Shown here: piece by piece, positions 50,069-61,794 of the stretch
Numbering within the stretch: the stretch's first letter is position 1
Layout: the number at the start of each line of letters is the position of its first letter
Assembly (NCBI GenBank): GCA_049840735.1
Contig: JASGJN010000022.1
Span: forward strand, 192,001-256,000
Source: Anaeromyxobacter sp.
Lineage (GTDB): Bacteria; Myxococcota; Myxococcia; Myxococcales; Anaeromyxobacteraceae
DNA: 64,000 bases
Direction of reading: 5' to 3'
Notes under the pieces: generated by a model
What the model saw: the letters and a program-made list of their open reading frames with translations, nothing else
What the model was told of the DNA's origin: nothing
Database searches by the model: none
Translations under genes and position numbers: made by a program

Positions 50069-50655
50069 TCAGGGCTCCCGCACCGGGAAGAGCCGGCGCA
50101 GCCCGCGGGCCGCCAGCACCGCCACCACCACGCCGCAGGCCGAGGCCAGCAGCGTCGGGCCGATGATCTCGCCCGGCGCGCGCGAGCCGGCCGCCACCCG
50201 CAGCGCGATCACGCTGGCGGGCACCAGCTGGATGGAGGCCGTGTTGAGCGCGCACAGCATCGCCTGCGCGTCGGTGGCCGTGCCCGGGCGCGGGTTGAGC
50301 TGCTCCAGCTCCTTCATGGCCTGGATGCCGAAGGGCGTGGCCGCGTTGCCCAGCCCCAGCACGTTGGCCGAGACGTTCATGACGATGGCGCCCATGGCCG
50401 GGTGCCCCCGGGGGACCCCCGGGAACAGCCGGGCCAGCACCGGCCCCAGCGCCCGCGCCAGGGCGCGCACCAGCCCGGCCTCCTCCGCCACCCGCATGAG
50501 GCCGAGCCAGAGGGCCATGGCGCCCGCCAGCCCGAGGGAGAAGGTGACCGCCTTTCCGGCCGCTTCCACGGCCGCGGTGGTGAGATCCCCATGCGGCCGT
50601 TCGCCGCCGCCACCACCACCGACACCACCAGCAGCAGCGTCCAGAGCGCGCCCAT
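50069..50655 (-). CDS. spmA: SpmA-family membrane protein; apparent frameshift at ~50587
   Basis: LWLGLMRVAEEAGL, LFP.VP..HPAMG, AN.LGLGNAATPFG.QAM.EL. One extra base next to GATC at 50584-50587 joins the N-terminus. Confidence 0.82.
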
Positions 50656-50730
50656 TCGCCGCGATTGTGTCCTGGCCCACCCCGAAGGCGAGTTTTTGGT
50701 ACAAGGCGCGTGTTACGGGGAAGGCAACCC

Positions 50731-52304
50731 ATGCAGACCATCCGCCTCGCCGCCCTCCTGTCGCTCGCGTCCCTCCTCGCCGCCTGCCCCGAGCCGCGCG
50801 TCGAGAGCCAGCGCGAGCCGCCCCGCCCACCCCAGGCCACGATCTCCGCCGGCGCCGGCAACCAGCCGGACGTGCTCGGCGTCCCCCGGCCGGACGGGCA
50901 GGAGTGGTACGGCATCTACATCGGCGGCCAGAAGGCCGGCTGGGTGCAGCAGTCGGTGCACCGCGAGATCCGCGACGGCCGCGACGTGCTGGTCGCCACC
51001 GGCCAGCAGCACCTCAAGGCGCTCGGCGCCGGCAAGCAGATCGAGCGGAGCCTGTCCGAGGAGCGCGTCTACGAGGCGCGCCCCGGCGGGCGCCTGCTCT
51101 CGGTCCGGACCACGTTCAGCGGCGACGGGGGCGAGCGGGTGCTGACCGGCGGCTGCGCGCGCGAGCGGTGCCAGCTCGGATCCGCACCCAGGGGCTCGAG
51201 CCGCAGGACCGCGTGGTGGACGGGATCACCGAGACCACCGAGCTGGCCGATCCGGTCCGGCTGGCGGCCGCGCGCCGCGGCGTGATCCGGGCCGTCCACC
51301 TCGAGACCTTGCAGGTGCGGGCGCAGGAGATGGAGTGGCGCTATGTCGGGCGCAGGTCCATCGCGGGGGCCGGCGTGCAGCAGGAGGTGGCGGTCGTCAC
51401 GGAGATGGAGCTCGGCGACCGCATCAAGACCGAGTACCTGGTGGCGGACGACGGCCGCTTCGTCGAGATCAGCCAGGGCGAGGGCGTGGTGATGCGGCCC
51501 GAGCCCGAGGCGCAGGCGCGGTCGCTGGAGGCCGTCGATCTCTTCGCCCTCATCAGCGCCCCGCTGCCCGGGCCCGTCCCGAGGGACGTGCCCGCCACCG
51601 TCGTCTACCGGCTCCAGGGGCTGCCGGCCGCCTTCGCCGTGGACGACGGCAGGCAGAAGTTCGAGAAGGCCCGGGACGGCGCCACGCTCCTGACCGTCGC
51701 CGTCCGCGCGCCGGTGGCCGCCGACCCGGCCCGCGACACGCCGCTCCACCGGGCCGCGCAGGGCGCCGACCCGGAGGACCTGGAGGCGACCGGCGAGGTG
51801 GACGCGGACAACCCGGCCATCGTGGCGCTGGCGCGCCAGGTCGCCGGCGACGCCCCGGGGGCCTACGCGGCCGCCGTCCGGCTGGCGCAGCACGTCCACG
51901 GCCGGCTGCGGCCGGCGTACGGCGCCAGCCACGACCGGGCCAGCGAGGTGCTGGCCGCGGGCCAGGGCGACTGCTCGGAGCACGCCATCCTGACCGCGGC
52001 CCTGACCCGCGCGCTGGGCATCCCCACGCGCAAGGTGCAGGGGCTGGTCTACGCGCCGTACGTCGCCGGCCGGGACGCCCTCTACTGGCACGCCTGGGTC
52101 GAGGTGCGGAGCGCCGGCGAGTGGATCGCCATCGACCCCATCTTCGACCAGCCGGTGGCCGACGCCTCCCACATCACGCTCGGCCGGAACAACCGCGTCG
52201 ACACCCCCGGGCTGTTCGGCGCCCTCAAGGTCACCGCCCTCGAGATCCGCGAGCCCCGCGCCGCGGGCAAGGTCCGCCCGGCCAGCGCCGCGCCGGGGAA
52301 GTGA
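50731..52304 (+). CDS. Transglutaminase-like (Cys-His-Asp) lipoprotein; apparent frameshift at ~51179
   Basis: Lipobox LAAC; WYGIYIGGQKAG; GDCSEHA, HAWVEV, WIAIDP. Confidence 0.8.
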
Positions 52305-52353
52305 GCCCGCACCCGCATTCACCCGCAGCACCCGATAGAAAGTGAGAACGCAG

Positions 52354-52761
52354 ATGTCTTCCGGTTCCGGTCTCGATCACGTCGCCATCCTCGTCGCCAA
52401 TCTCGATGCCGCGGTGAAGCTGTACCGCGACGTCTACGGCCTGCCCGCCCCCGAGATCGAGGAGGTCCCCACCGAGCAGGTCAAGGTGGCGATCTTCGGC
52501 CACGGCGCCGGGCGCATCGAGCTGGTCAGCCCGCTCACGCCGGCCAGCCCGCTCGCCAAGCAGCTCGAGAAGCGGGGTGAGGGGCTGCACCACATCTGCC
52601 TCTCGGTCCCGAACATCGAGGGCTCGATGGCGTCGCTCAAGTCGGCCGGCGCGCCGCTGCTCGACGAGAAGCCCCGCCCCGGCGCCGGCGGCTCGAAGGT
52701 GGCGTTCGTCCACCCCAAGGGCAGCCGCGGCGTCCTGGTGGAGCTGAAGCAGGAGCAGTAG
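52354..52761 (+). CDS. mce: Methylmalonyl-CoA epimerase (VOC fold)
   Basis: DHVAI.V, IELV.P, KRGEGLHHI, GAGG.KVAFVHPK...GVLVEL. Confidence 0.85.
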   Translation: MSSGSGLDHVAILVANLDAAVKLYRDVYGLPAPEIEEVPTEQVKVAIFGHGAGRIELVSPLTPASPLAKQLEKRGEGLHHICLSVPNIEGSMASLKSAGAPLLDEKPRPGAGGSKVAFVHPKGSRGVLVELKQEQ

Positions 52762-52931
52762 GTCGAAGCGGCTCTGCTCGCCCCGACGGCCTGCCGCCGG
52801 GGCGATCCGGAGCCAGCGTGTCCCACCTGGACCGCGGAGGGCGCCGGGTGACCCCGGCACACGAGGGTTGACCGCCCGCTGGGCGCGTGTTTTATCCAGC
52901 CGTTCGGCACTCCTCGGAAGGGGTCACACGC

Positions 52932-54806
52932 ATGTCTCGTCTCGTCGCCGCCGCGGCCGCGGCGCTGCTCCTCGCGCCCCTCGTCGGGCGAGCCCAGGAC
53001 AACAAGGCCCCGGCGGCCCCCGCCAAGCCCGCTCCTGCCGCGAGCGCGCCCGTCACCGGCAACCCGGAGACCGACGCCAGGATCCAGGCCGCCATCCAGA
53101 AGGCGGTGGAGAAGGCCAAGGAGGACGTCCGCAACGAGCTGCGGGCCGAGATCGACTCGGCCAAGGCCGGCGCCGACTTCATGGGCACCGTGGCGCCCGG
53201 CCCCAAGCTCGAGTTCCTCGAGCTGGACGGCTACTTCCGCACCCGCGGCCAGCTGCTGGACGGCCTCGACCTCGGCCGCGACGTGGACAGCGCCGGCTAC
53301 TACATCTTCCCGGTCCCGCTCTCCAAGGGGAGCGACGGCGGCCCGGCCACCTTCGCCACCGCCAACATGCGGCTCCGGCTGGAGCCCACCCTCAACATCT
53401 CCGAGAACGTCCGGGTCCGCGCCCAGTTCGACATCCTCGACAACTACGTGCTCGGCTCGTCGGCCAACAAGCTGATGAACGCGCCGGGCAGCCCGTACCC
53501 GGTGCCGTTCTACGGCTCGACCGTCACCTACTACGCGAACGAGAAGACCCAGGACCGCGACCTCGTCCTGCCCAAGCGCGCCTGGGGTGAGGTGCAGACG
53601 CCGGTCGGCCTGCTCAGCTTCGGCCGCATGCCCTCGCACTGGGGCCTGGGCATGATGACCAACGCCGGGCGCGACATCGACGCCGACTACGGCGACTCGG
53701 TCGACCGGCTCCAGTTCGCGCTGCCCCCGGTGGCCACGCCCTTCGGCGCGCTCACCTTCGTGCCCATCATCGACTTCGACGCCGAGGGGCCGCTCTACAA
53801 CGACCCGGTCTACGGCTACGGCAGCGGCCAGCCGCTCGACGCCACCCAGGCCGACGACGCGCGCACCTACGCGCTGAAGGTGGCCCGCCTCGACACCGAC
53901 GACGAGCTGCGGCGCACCGTCGAGGCCGGCCGGTCGTCCTACAACTTCGGCCTCTACTACAACTACAAGACCCAGCGTTACACGTACCCGGCCTGGCTGG
54001 AGAACGGCTTCGGCGGCGACTACACCGAGTCCGACGGCAACCTGAAGCGGAACGGCTGGGCCCACGTCCTCAACTTCTGGAACCGCTGGCAGAACGGCAA
54101 GCTGCGCATCGAGGCCGAGGTCGCCGGCGTCTACGGCCACATCAGCGATCCGCGCAACGTGAACAGCACCACCGTGAAGGCGGTGCCGCTCGACATCGGG
54201 CAGTGGGGCGGCGTGCTGCAGCTCGAGTACAAGGTGCTGCCCAACAAGTTCACGCTGGGCGGCGAGCTCGGCGTCGCCAGCGGCGACAGCGCCCCCGGCT
54301 TCGGCAACCAGCCCAACCGCTACCACGCGGCCGCCGCCGAGGGCGACCTGCCCTACGCCCCCTCCTACGGCGCCATGGAGGGTCCGCAGTGGGGTTACCG
54401 CGGCGACCACTCCATCAACAACTTCCGGTTCAACCCGGCCTACACGGTCGACATGATCCTCTTCCGCCGCATCCTGGGGAACGTGACCGACGCCTGGTAC
54501 CTGCGGCCGAGCCTGCGCTGGGACATCTTCCCCGGCCTGACCCTCGACTCCGCGGTCATCTACTCGCAGGCGCTCTTCTCCGAGTCCACGCCCAGCTCCG
54601 CCTCCGAGGACGACTCGCAGGACAGCCGCCTCACCGACCGGGGCCACAAGCCGCTCGGCCTCGAGCTCGACAACCGGATCAGCCTGAAGACCGGCGACGG
54701 CTTCCTGACCTGGGGCGAGATCGGCCTGCTGCAGCCGCTCTCCGGCTTCGGCGTGGACACCAGCCGCGCCTGGGTCTTCAACTTCGGCTTCGCGGCCAAG
54801 TTCTAG
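52932..54806 (+). CDS. TIGR04551-like myxobacterial outer-membrane beta-barrel protein
   Basis: Signal peptide; [44 protein letters not shown]; terminal F. Confidence 0.75.
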   Translation: MSRLVAAAAAALLLAPLVGRAQDNKAPAAPAKPAPAASAPVTGNPETDARIQAAIQKAVEKAKEDVRNELRAEIDSAKAGADFMGTVAPGPKLEFLELDGYFRTRGQLLDGLDLGRDVDSAGYYIFPVPLSKGSDGGPATFATANMRLRLEPTLNISENVRVRAQFDILDNYVLGSSANKLMNAPGSPYPVPFYGSTVTYYANEKTQDRDLVLPKRAWGEVQTPVGLLSFGRMPSHWGLGMMTNAGRDIDADYGDSVDRLQFALPPVATPFGALTFVPIIDFDAEGPLYNDPVYGYGSGQPLDATQADDARTYALKVARLDTDDELRRTVEAGRSSYNFGLYYNYKTQRYTYPAWLENGFGGDYTESDGNLKRNGWAHVLNFWNRWQNGKLRIEAEVAGVYGHISDPRNVNSTTVKAVPLDIGQWGGVLQLEYKVLPNKFTLGGELGVASGDSAPGFGNQPNRYHAAAAEGDLPYAPSYGAMEGPQWGYRGDHSINNFRFNPAYTVDMILFRRILGNVTDAWYLRPSLRWDIFPGLTLDSAVIYSQALFSESTPSSASEDDSQDSRLTDRGHKPLGLELDNRISLKTGDGFLTWGEIGLLQPLSGFGVDTSRAWVFNFGFAAKF

Positions 54807-54924
54807 CCGACGCACCGCAGCGCGCCTCCCGCGGGCCCCGCCGCCGGCTCCTCCAGGGCTCGGGGTCGGGGCCCGCGCCGCTGGTGCCGGCGTGGGCGGA
54901 GGTGTGCTACCTTTCGCGGTCCCG

Positions 54925-56331
54925 ATGAGCAAGACGACGAAGGCGAAGCCCGTTTCCCGCGCGGCGCTGGCCGGCGAGGCCGATCCCCGCCTGGTGGCGA
55001 TGTCCGTCTCGATCCAGGACGACGGCGCGCTCTACGCCGAGGACATCCGCGGCAGCCAGGCCCACGTGACCATGCTGGCGGCGCAGGGCATCGTCCCGCG
55101 CGCCGTGGCGCGCCGGATCGTGGCCGCGCTCGACCAGGTCCGCGCCGAGTTCGCCGCCGGGAGGATCAAGCTCGACCCGGCGCTGGAGGACGTGCACACC
55201 CACGTCGAGCGCCGGCTGGGCGAGCTGGTGGGGCGGGACGCCGGCTACCTGCACGCCGGGCGCAGCCGCAACGACCAGGTCGCGCTCGACGAGCGGCTCT
55301 TCATCGTGGGGGCCTGCCAGCGGGTGGACGCCGCGCTGGCCGGGCTGCAGCGGGCGCTGCTGGGCCAGGCCCGCCGGCACGAGGCCACCATCCTGCCCGG
55401 CTACACCCATCTGCAGCGGGCGCAGCCGGTCTCGCTGGCGCACCACCTGCTGGCCTACGTCGAGATGCTGGGGCGCGATCGCGACCGGCTGGTGGACGTC
55501 CGCCGCCGCGCCGCGGTCTCCCCGCTCGGCTCCGGCGCGCTGGCCGGGACCACGCTGGCGCTTGACCGCGAGCGGGTGGCGCGCGAGCTGGGGCTCGACG
55601 GCGTGACCCAGAACTCGCTCGACGCGGTCTCGGACCGCGACTCCGCCGTCGAGCTGGTCTTCGCCTGCGCGCTGGCCGCCGTCCACCTCTCCCGCCTGGG
55701 CGAGGAGATCGTGCTCTGGACGGCCAGGGAGTTCGGCTTCATGACGCTGGCCGACGCCTTCGCCACCGGCTCGTCGCTCATGCCGCAGAAGAAGAACCCG
55801 GACGTGGGCGAGCTGGCCCGCGGCCGGGCCGGGCGCGCGCTGGGCGACCTGGTGGCGCTGCTCACCGTCGTGAAGGGGCTCCCGCTCTCGTACAACCGCG
55901 ACCTGCAGGAGGACAAGCGGCCGCTCCTGGACGCGCCCGCGGCGCTGGTGCTGACCACCGACGCGCTGGCCGGCGCGGTGGAGACCGCCACCTTCCACGC
56001 CGACGTCATGGAGGCCGCGCTGGGCTCCGGCGAGGCGCTGGCCACCGACGCCGCCGAGTACCTGGTCGAGCGCGGCGTGCCCTTCCGCGAGGCGCACGAG
56101 GCGGTGGGCAAGGCGGCCGCCTTCTCCACGGCGCAGGGGCGCTCCATGGCGAAGCTCACCGCCGCCGAGTGGGCCACCTTCCACAAGCGCTTCGAGAAGG
56201 ACGTCCTCCGCTGCTTCGACGCCCGCCGCAGCCTGCGCCGGCGCGACCTGCCCGGCGCGCCCGGGCCGCGGCAGGTGAGGGCCCAGCTGCGCCGCTGGGA
56301 GAAGGCCCTCGCCGCCCGGAGGCGGCCGTGA
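54925..56331 (+). CDS. argH: Argininosuccinate lyase
   Basis: [45 protein letters not shown]. Confidence 0.95.
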   Translation: MSKTTKAKPVSRAALAGEADPRLVAMSVSIQDDGALYAEDIRGSQAHVTMLAAQGIVPRAVARRIVAALDQVRAEFAAGRIKLDPALEDVHTHVERRLGELVGRDAGYLHAGRSRNDQVALDERLFIVGACQRVDAALAGLQRALLGQARRHEATILPGYTHLQRAQPVSLAHHLLAYVEMLGRDRDRLVDVRRRAAVSPLGSGALAGTTLALDRERVARELGLDGVTQNSLDAVSDRDSAVELVFACALAAVHLSRLGEEIVLWTAREFGFMTLADAFATGSSLMPQKKNPDVGELARGRAGRALGDLVALLTVVKGLPLSYNRDLQEDKRPLLDAPAALVLTTDALAGAVETATFHADVMEAALGSGEALATDAAEYLVERGVPFREAHEAVGKAAAFSTAQGRSMAKLTAAEWATFHKRFEKDVLRCFDARRSLRRRDLPGAPGPRQVRAQLRRWEKALAARRRP

Positions 56332-56540
56332 CCCGCCGCGGCCTGCGCTGCGCGCTCGCCGCCCTGCTGCTGGCCGGCTGCGGCATCAAGGGGCCGCCCC
56401 GGCCGCCGCTGCCGTCCCACCCCGCCGCGCCGGCGCAGCCGGCCGCGGCCGCCGGCGCCACCTCGGCCGACGCCCACCGCCCGCCCTCCGACCCCGCCGA
56501 CTGCGGCTGCGCCGCCCCCAGCCCCGCCCCCGCCCGATGA
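56328..56540 (+). CDS. Small lipoprotein, LptM/LppL(YifL)-like
   Basis: [14 protein letters not shown]; lies between argH and lysA with 4-bp overlaps. Confidence 0.7.
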   Translation: MTRRGLRCALAALLLAGCGIKGPPRPPLPSHPAAPAQPAAAAGATSADAHRPPSDPADCGCAAPSPAPAR

Positions 56541-57816
56541 ACCACTTCCAGCGCAAGAAGGGCGTCCTGCACGCCGAGGCCATCCCGCTCGAGGACCTGG
56601 CCCAGGCCCACGGCACGCCGCTCTACGTCTACTCCAGCGCCACCCTGACCCGGCACTGGCGCGTGCTGCACCGCTCGCTCAAGGGCCTCCGCCACCTGGT
56701 CTGCTTCGCGGTGAAGGCCAACGGCAACCTGGCCGTGCTCCGCAGGCTGGCCCAGCTCGGCTCCGGCTTCGACATCGTCTCCGGCGGCGAGCTCTACCGC
56801 GTGCTCAAGGCCGGCGGCGCGCCGCAGAAGGTGGTCTTCAGCGGCGTGGGCAAGCGCGACGACGAGATCGCCTTCGCGCTCGAGTCGGGCGTGAAGGTCA
56901 TCGACGTCGAGAGCGGCCCTGAGCTGGGGCGCGTCTCGGTGGTGGCGCGGCGGCTGGGCGTGCGCGCGCCCATCGCGCTGCGGGTCAACCCGGACGTGGA
57001 CCCGAAGACCCACCCGTACATCTCCACCGGCCTGCGCGAGAGCAAGTTCGGCGTCACGGTGGCGGACGCCCGCAAGCTCTACGCGCTGGCCGCCAAGGAC
57101 CCGGCGCTGGAGGTGCGCGGCGTCGCCTGCCACATCGGCTCGCAGCTCACCACGCTGCGCCCGTTCGTCGACGCGGTGGGGCGCATCCGCAAGCTGGCCG
57201 AGGACCTGCGGGCGGCCGGGGTGCCATCCGCCACCTGGACGTGGGCGGTGGCCTGGGCATCCCCTACGGCGACGGCGACGAGCCGCCCCACCCCGACGCC
57301 TACGGCGAGGCCGTCCGCAAGGCGCTGGCCTCCTTCGACGGCGAGGTGCTGCTCGAGCCGGGGCGCGTGCTGGTGGGGAACGCCGGCGTGCTGGTCACCC
57401 GCGTCCTGTTCGTGAAGCGGAGCGGGCGGAAGACCTTCGTGGTGGTGGACGCCGCCATGAACGACCTGATCCGCCCCTCGCTCTACGGCGCGCACCACGA
57501 GATCGAGCTGGCCGGGCCGCGGCGCCCCGGCGCGCGCGAGGTGGTCTGCGACGTGGTGGGGCCGGTCTGCGAGTCCACCGACTTCCTGGCCCGCAAGCGC
57601 CGGCTCCCGGAGCCCAGCGCGGGCGACCTGCTGGTGGTCCGGTCGGCCGGCGCCTACGGCTTCTCGATGGCGTCCAACTACAACGCCCGCCCCCGCGCCG
57701 CCGAGGTGGTGGTGGACGGCGAGCGCGCCCTGGTGGCGCGCAAGCGCGAGACCTACGCCGACCTGGTCCGGGGCGAGGACGCCGGGGGCGGGGCGGAGCG
57801 CAGGGCGCGCGGATAG
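56537..57816 (+). CDS. lysA: Diaminopimelate decarboxylase; apparent frameshift at ~57225
   Basis: TPLYVYS, AVKAN, HIGSQ; then [21 protein letters not shown]. One added base (CC[G]ATC) gives [11 protein letters not shown]. Confidence 0.93.
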
Positions 57817-57888
57817 GTTAGAGTCCGGCCGGCGCCCACGGGCGCCGGCCCGGCAGGGCGCCTCGCGGCGCCGCACGAGGAGACCGGC

Positions 57889-58779
57889 ATGGCGAAGCTC
57901 GAAGGCTCGATGGTGGCGATCGTCACCCCGCTCAAGGACGGCGCGGTGGATCTGCCCGCGCTCCGCGAGCTGGTCGAGTGGCAGGTGGCCGAGGGGACGG
58001 ACGGGATCGTCCCCTGCGGCACCACCGGCGAGGGCGCGACCCTCACGGCGGCCGAGCGCGCGCAGGTGATCCGCACCACGGTGGAGGCGGTCCGCGGCCG
58101 CGCGGCGGTGATCGCCGGGGCCGGGTCCAACTCGACGGCCGAGGCCATCGAGGCGGTGAAGCTGGCGCGCGAGCTCAAGGCCGACGCCGCGCTGGTGGTC
58201 ACGCCCTACTACAACAAGCCCACGCAGGAGGGGCTGTACCGCCACTACCAGGCCATCTGGGACGCGGTCCGCTTCCCGGTGGTGGCCTACAACGTCCCCG
58301 CGCGCACCTCGGTGGACATGCTCCCCGAGACGGTGGCGCGGCTGGCGAAGGGCGGCGCGATCGTCGGCATCAAGGAGGCCACCGCCAACCTCGACCGCCA
58401 GGTCCAGCTGGTGGAGCTGATCGGGCGCGGCGGCTTCGCCTACCTGTCGGGCGACGACTTCACGGTCCTGCCCTACGTCGCCTGCGGCGGCCACGGCGTG
58501 ATCTCGGTGGTGGCCAACATCGCCCCGCGCGCCATGAAGGAGCTGGTCACCGCCGCCCGCCGCGCCGACCTGGCCCTCGCGCTGGAGCGGCAGGTGCGGC
58601 TGGCCGAGCTGAACCGCGTGATGTTCGTGGAGACCAACCCCGGGCCGGTCAAGGCGGCGGTGGCGCTGCTGGGGCGCTGCACCGGCGAGCTGCGGCTGCC
58701 GCTGGCGCCGGTCGCCGACGCCAGCCTGGTGAAGATCCGCGAGGCCATGGTCCGCTTCGGGCTGCTGGGCGCGGCGTAG
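57889..58779 (+). CDS. dapA: 4-hydroxy-tetrahydrodipicolinate synthase
   Basis: CGTTGE, TPYYNKP.QEGL, YNVP.RT, GIKEA, SGDD, ETNP.PVK. Confidence 0.95.
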   Translation: MAKLEGSMVAIVTPLKDGAVDLPALRELVEWQVAEGTDGIVPCGTTGEGATLTAAERAQVIRTTVEAVRGRAAVIAGAGSNSTAEAIEAVKLARELKADAALVVTPYYNKPTQEGLYRHYQAIWDAVRFPVVAYNVPARTSVDMLPETVARLAKGGAIVGIKEATANLDRQVQLVELIGRGGFAYLSGDDFTVLPYVACGGHGVISVVANIAPRAMKELVTAARRADLALALERQVRLAELNRVMFVETNPGPVKAAVALLGRCTGELRLPLAPVADASLVKIREAMVRFGLLGAA

Positions 58780-58797
58780 CACATCCACCGCGCGTGG

Positions 58798-58862
58798 TGA
58801 GCCTGTCGAACCCCGCGCGCGGCGGTCCTGTGCGCGCCCTTCGACAGGCTCAGGGCGAGCGG
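58798..58862. repeat. Short-class REP-like inverted pair
   Basis: TGAGCCTGTCGAA (58798-58810) and TTCGACAGGCTCA (58840-58852), a perfect 13-bp inverted repeat, continuing GGGCGAGCGG. Confidence 0.8.
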
Positions 58863-58885
58863 GTGTCTGCTCGAGGAGGCTCATC

Positions 58886-59695
58886 ATGAAGAAGGTCGTC
58901 GTCACCGGGGCCGCCGGCCGCATGGGCCGCGAGAACATCCGCCTGGTCCACGCCGCCGAGGGGCTCACGCTCCACGCCGCGGTGGAGCGCCCGGGCAACG
59001 CCACCGGGCAGGACGCCGGCGTGCTGGCCGGCCTGGGCCCGCTGGGCGTGGCCGTCGGCAGCGACCTGGACGCGGCGCTGGCCGGGGCCGACGTGGTCAT
59101 CGACTTCACCAGCCAGGAGGCCTCCGCCGAGCACGCCGCCCGCTGCGCGGCGCGCGGGGTGGCGCTCATCATCGGCTCCACCGGCTTCACGCCGGAGGGG
59201 AAGGCCCGGGTGGCCGAGGCGGCCCGGAGGATCCCCATCCTCCTCTCGCCCAACATGAGCGTGGGCGTGAACGTCATGTTCGAGCTGCTGCGCCGGGCCG
59301 CCGCCCTGCTGGGCGACGACTACGACGTGGAGATCGCCGAGATCCACCACAAGCGGAAGCGCGACGCGCCCTCCGGCACCGCCATGAAGCTGGGCGAGGT
59401 GGCGGCCGAGGCGCTGGGGCGCAAGCCGGACGAGGCGCTGGCCTTCACCCGCCATGGCCTGATCGGCGAGCGGCCGCCCTGGCAGATCGGCGTCCAGACG
59501 CTGCGCGGCGGCGACGTGGTGGGCGAGCACACGGTCTACTTCTTCGGGGAGGGCGAGCGGCTGGAGATCACCCACCGCGCCACCTCGCGCGAGCAGTTCG
59601 CGCGCGGCGCGGTGCGTGCCGCCGCCTGGCTGCCCGGGCGCCCGCCCGGCCTCTACGACATGAACGACGTGCTGGGGCTGCGGAGCAAGCCGTGA
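58886..59695 (+). CDS. dapB: 4-hydroxy-tetrahydrodipicolinate reductase
   Basis: [42 protein letters not shown]. Confidence 0.95.
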   Translation: MKKVVVTGAAGRMGRENIRLVHAAEGLTLHAAVERPGNATGQDAGVLAGLGPLGVAVGSDLDAALAGADVVIDFTSQEASAEHAARCAARGVALIIGSTGFTPEGKARVAEAARRIPILLSPNMSVGVNVMFELLRRAAALLGDDYDVEIAEIHHKRKRDAPSGTAMKLGEVAAEALGRKPDEALAFTRHGLIGERPPWQIGVQTLRGGDVVGEHTVYFFGEGERLEITHRATSREQFARGAVRAAAWLPGRPPGLYDMNDVLGLRSKP

Positions 59696-60444
59696 GGGTC
59701 TGCCGCTTCCGGCGCGAGGGGCAGGAGCGGTACGGCCTAGTCGAGGGCGACCGGATCCGGCCGCTCGGCGCGGCCCCCTGGGCCGGCGGGCTGCCGGACG
59801 GCGCGCCGGTGGCGCTGGCCGAGGTGGAGCTGCTGGCGCCGGTCGAGCCCAGCAAGGTGGTCTGCGTGGGGCGCAACTACCGCGCCCACGCGCGCGAGCT
59901 GGGCAACGAGGTCCCCGCCACGCCGCTCATCTTCCTCAAGCCCTCCACCGCGGTGATCGGGCCGCAGGAGGCCATCCGCTGCCCGGAGGGCTCGAGCGAG
60001 GTGCACCACGAGGCGGAGCTGGCCGTGGTGGTGGGGCGCCCGCTGGCGCGCGCCACGCCGGTCGAGGCCCGCCTGGCGGTGTTCGGCTACACCTGCCTCA
60101 ACGACGTCACCGCGCGCGACATCCAGCGCGAGGAGAAGCACTTCACCCGCGCCAAGGGGTTCGACACCTTCTGCCCCATCGGCCCGGTGGTGGAGACCGC
60201 CGCCGATCCGCTGGAGGCCTCGGTCGTCTGCCGGGTCAACGGCTCGGAGCGGCAGCGCGGCTCCACCCGCGACATGGTCTTCGACCCGTTCGCGCTGCTG
60301 GCCTTCATCTCCGGCGTGATGACGCTGCTGCCCGGGGACGTGGTGGCCACCGGCACGCCCGAGGGCGTGGGCGCCATCCGGCACGGCGACTGGGTGGAGG
60401 TCGAGGTCTCCGGCATCGGCGTGCTCCGCAACCCGGTGGTGTGA
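59692..60444 (+). CDS. Fumarylacetoacetate hydrolase-family protein
   Basis: [40 protein letters not shown]. Confidence 0.9.
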   Translation: MRVCRFRREGQERYGLVEGDRIRPLGAAPWAGGLPDGAPVALAEVELLAPVEPSKVVCVGRNYRAHARELGNEVPATPLIFLKPSTAVIGPQEAIRCPEGSSEVHHEAELAVVVGRPLARATPVEARLAVFGYTCLNDVTARDIQREEKHFTRAKGFDTFCPIGPVVETAADPLEASVVCRVNGSERQRGSTRDMVFDPFALLAFISGVMTLLPGDVVATGTPEGVGAIRHGDWVEVEVSGIGVLRNPVV

Positions 60445-60666
60445 CGCCGCCCGCCGGCCTGCTCCGCCGGCGGGGGGCCCCGGGGCCGCCGCGCGCCCGG
60501 CCGTCCGGCCGGGGCGCCATGCCCCACGAGAACGTTCACACAAGGTGACGCCGGCTCCCCGCGAACGTTTGCGGGCGCACCGGGTCCTCCGCCACTTGCG
60601 GCGCCCCGCCTTGCGTCTTCGTGACGCTGGCGGAGGTAGGTGGATGGGCGTTAACGTCGCCTCCAC

Positions 60667-61161
60667 ATGCGCGCCTACGTGGGGATCGGCTCGAACCTCG
60701 GAGATCGCTGGGGGCACCTGGCCCTGGCTCACCGGCTGCTGCGGCAGGAGCCCAGGGTCGCGGTCACCCGCGCCTCGCGGGTCTACGACACGGCGCCCAT
60801 CGGGCCGCCGCAGGGGCGGTACCTGAACGCCGTGCTGGAGCTCGAGACCGAGCTGCCGGCCGCGGCGCTCCACGCGGTGCTGCAGCAGGTGGAGGACGCC
60901 GCCGGGCGCAAGCGCAACACCGGGCACAGGTGGGCGCCCCGCACGCTCGACCTCGACCTGCTGCTCTACGGCGACGAGGTCATCCGCGACCCGAACCTCC
61001 GGGTCCCGCACCCCGAGATCGCCTTCCGCCGCTTCGTGCTGGCGCCGCTGGCCGACCTCTGCCCGGACCGGGTCATCCCCGGCCTGGCCAGGACGGTGCG
61101 CGAGCTGCTGGCCCGCGCGCCGAAGGACGACGTGGCCACGGTGGGGCTGTTCCCGGGCTGA
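60667..61161 (+). CDS. folK: 2-amino-4-hydroxy-6-hydroxymethyldihydropteridine diphosphokinase
   Basis: YVGIGSNLGD, YLNAV, WAPRTLDLDLL, VPHP, RRFVL.PL. Confidence 0.93.
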   Translation: MRAYVGIGSNLGDRWGHLALAHRLLRQEPRVAVTRASRVYDTAPIGPPQGRYLNAVLELETELPAAALHAVLQQVEDAAGRKRNTGHRWAPRTLDLDLLLYGDEVIRDPNLRVPHPEIAFRRFVLAPLADLCPDRVIPGLARTVRELLARAPKDDVATVGLFPG

Positions 61162-61178
61162 TCGCGGTCGTCCGCTGC

Positions 61179-61287
61179 CCTTCGACTCCGCGAGCCCTGC
61201 GGGTTCGCTACGCTCAGGGCGAACGGATCCCCTGGAGCCGTTCGGCCTGGGCGTAGGGCGCGCGCCCAGCGCACCCGGAGTCGAAGG
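61179..61287. repeat. REP-like doublet (61179-61226 on +, 61238-61287 on -)
   Basis: CCTTCGACTCC-GCGAGCCC-tgc-GGGTTCGC-TACGCTCAGGGCGAACGG, then the inverted copy CCGTTCGGCCTGGGCGTAG...GGAGTCGAAGG. Confidence 0.88.
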
Positions 61288-61311
61288 CCAGGGCTCGCGT
61301 CGAGGACGCGC

Positions 61312-61701
61312 TCACTGCACCGTGCCCGACTCCTCGTGGATGCAGAGGGTGTTGCCCTCCGTGTCCTTGAACCAGGCCGCCTTCTCCGAGCCCAGCACGC
61401 AGATGTGCCCCACCGTCTTGAGGCCGGGCAGGTCGTAGTCCTCGAAGCGGACGCCGCGGCTCTCCAGGTCCTGCACCTCGCGCTCCACGTCCCGCACCTC
61501 GAACGTGGCGGCGGTGTACTGGGCCTGCGTCGGCTCCTGGCGCGGCGACAGCTCCAGCGCCGTCCCGCCGGCCGAGTAGCGCACCCCGCCGTCCGGCCGC
61601 GGCCGCCCCGGCGTCAGCCCCAGCCGCTTCTCGTAGAACTGCCGCGCCCGCTGCACGTCGACCACCGGCAGGATGGTCGTGATCCGGCACTGGTCCAGCA
61701 T
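61312..61701 (-). CDS. VOC/glyoxalase-family protein
   Basis: LPVVDVQRARQFY..LGL, GVRFEDYD.P, AWFKDTEGN. Confidence 0.85.
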   Translation of the reverse strand: MLDQCRITTILPVVDVQRARQFYEKRLGLTPGRPRPDGGVRYSAGGTALELSPRQEPTQAQYTAATFEVRDVEREVQDLESRGVRFEDYDLPGLKTVGHICVLGSEKAAWFKDTEGNTLCIHEESGTVQ

Positions 61702-61794
61702 GGTGGCATCCTCCTCGCGCGGAAGCTGCCGCGGGCGCGGCCGCGGCGCAGCGCTCGGAGGGGGAGGCCGGATCCGGGGAAGCAGGCGGACGGG

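Noticed and set aside
60515..60575. Two GAACGTT motifs upstream of folK
   Set aside because: Too short, and I could not match them confidently to a known operator.
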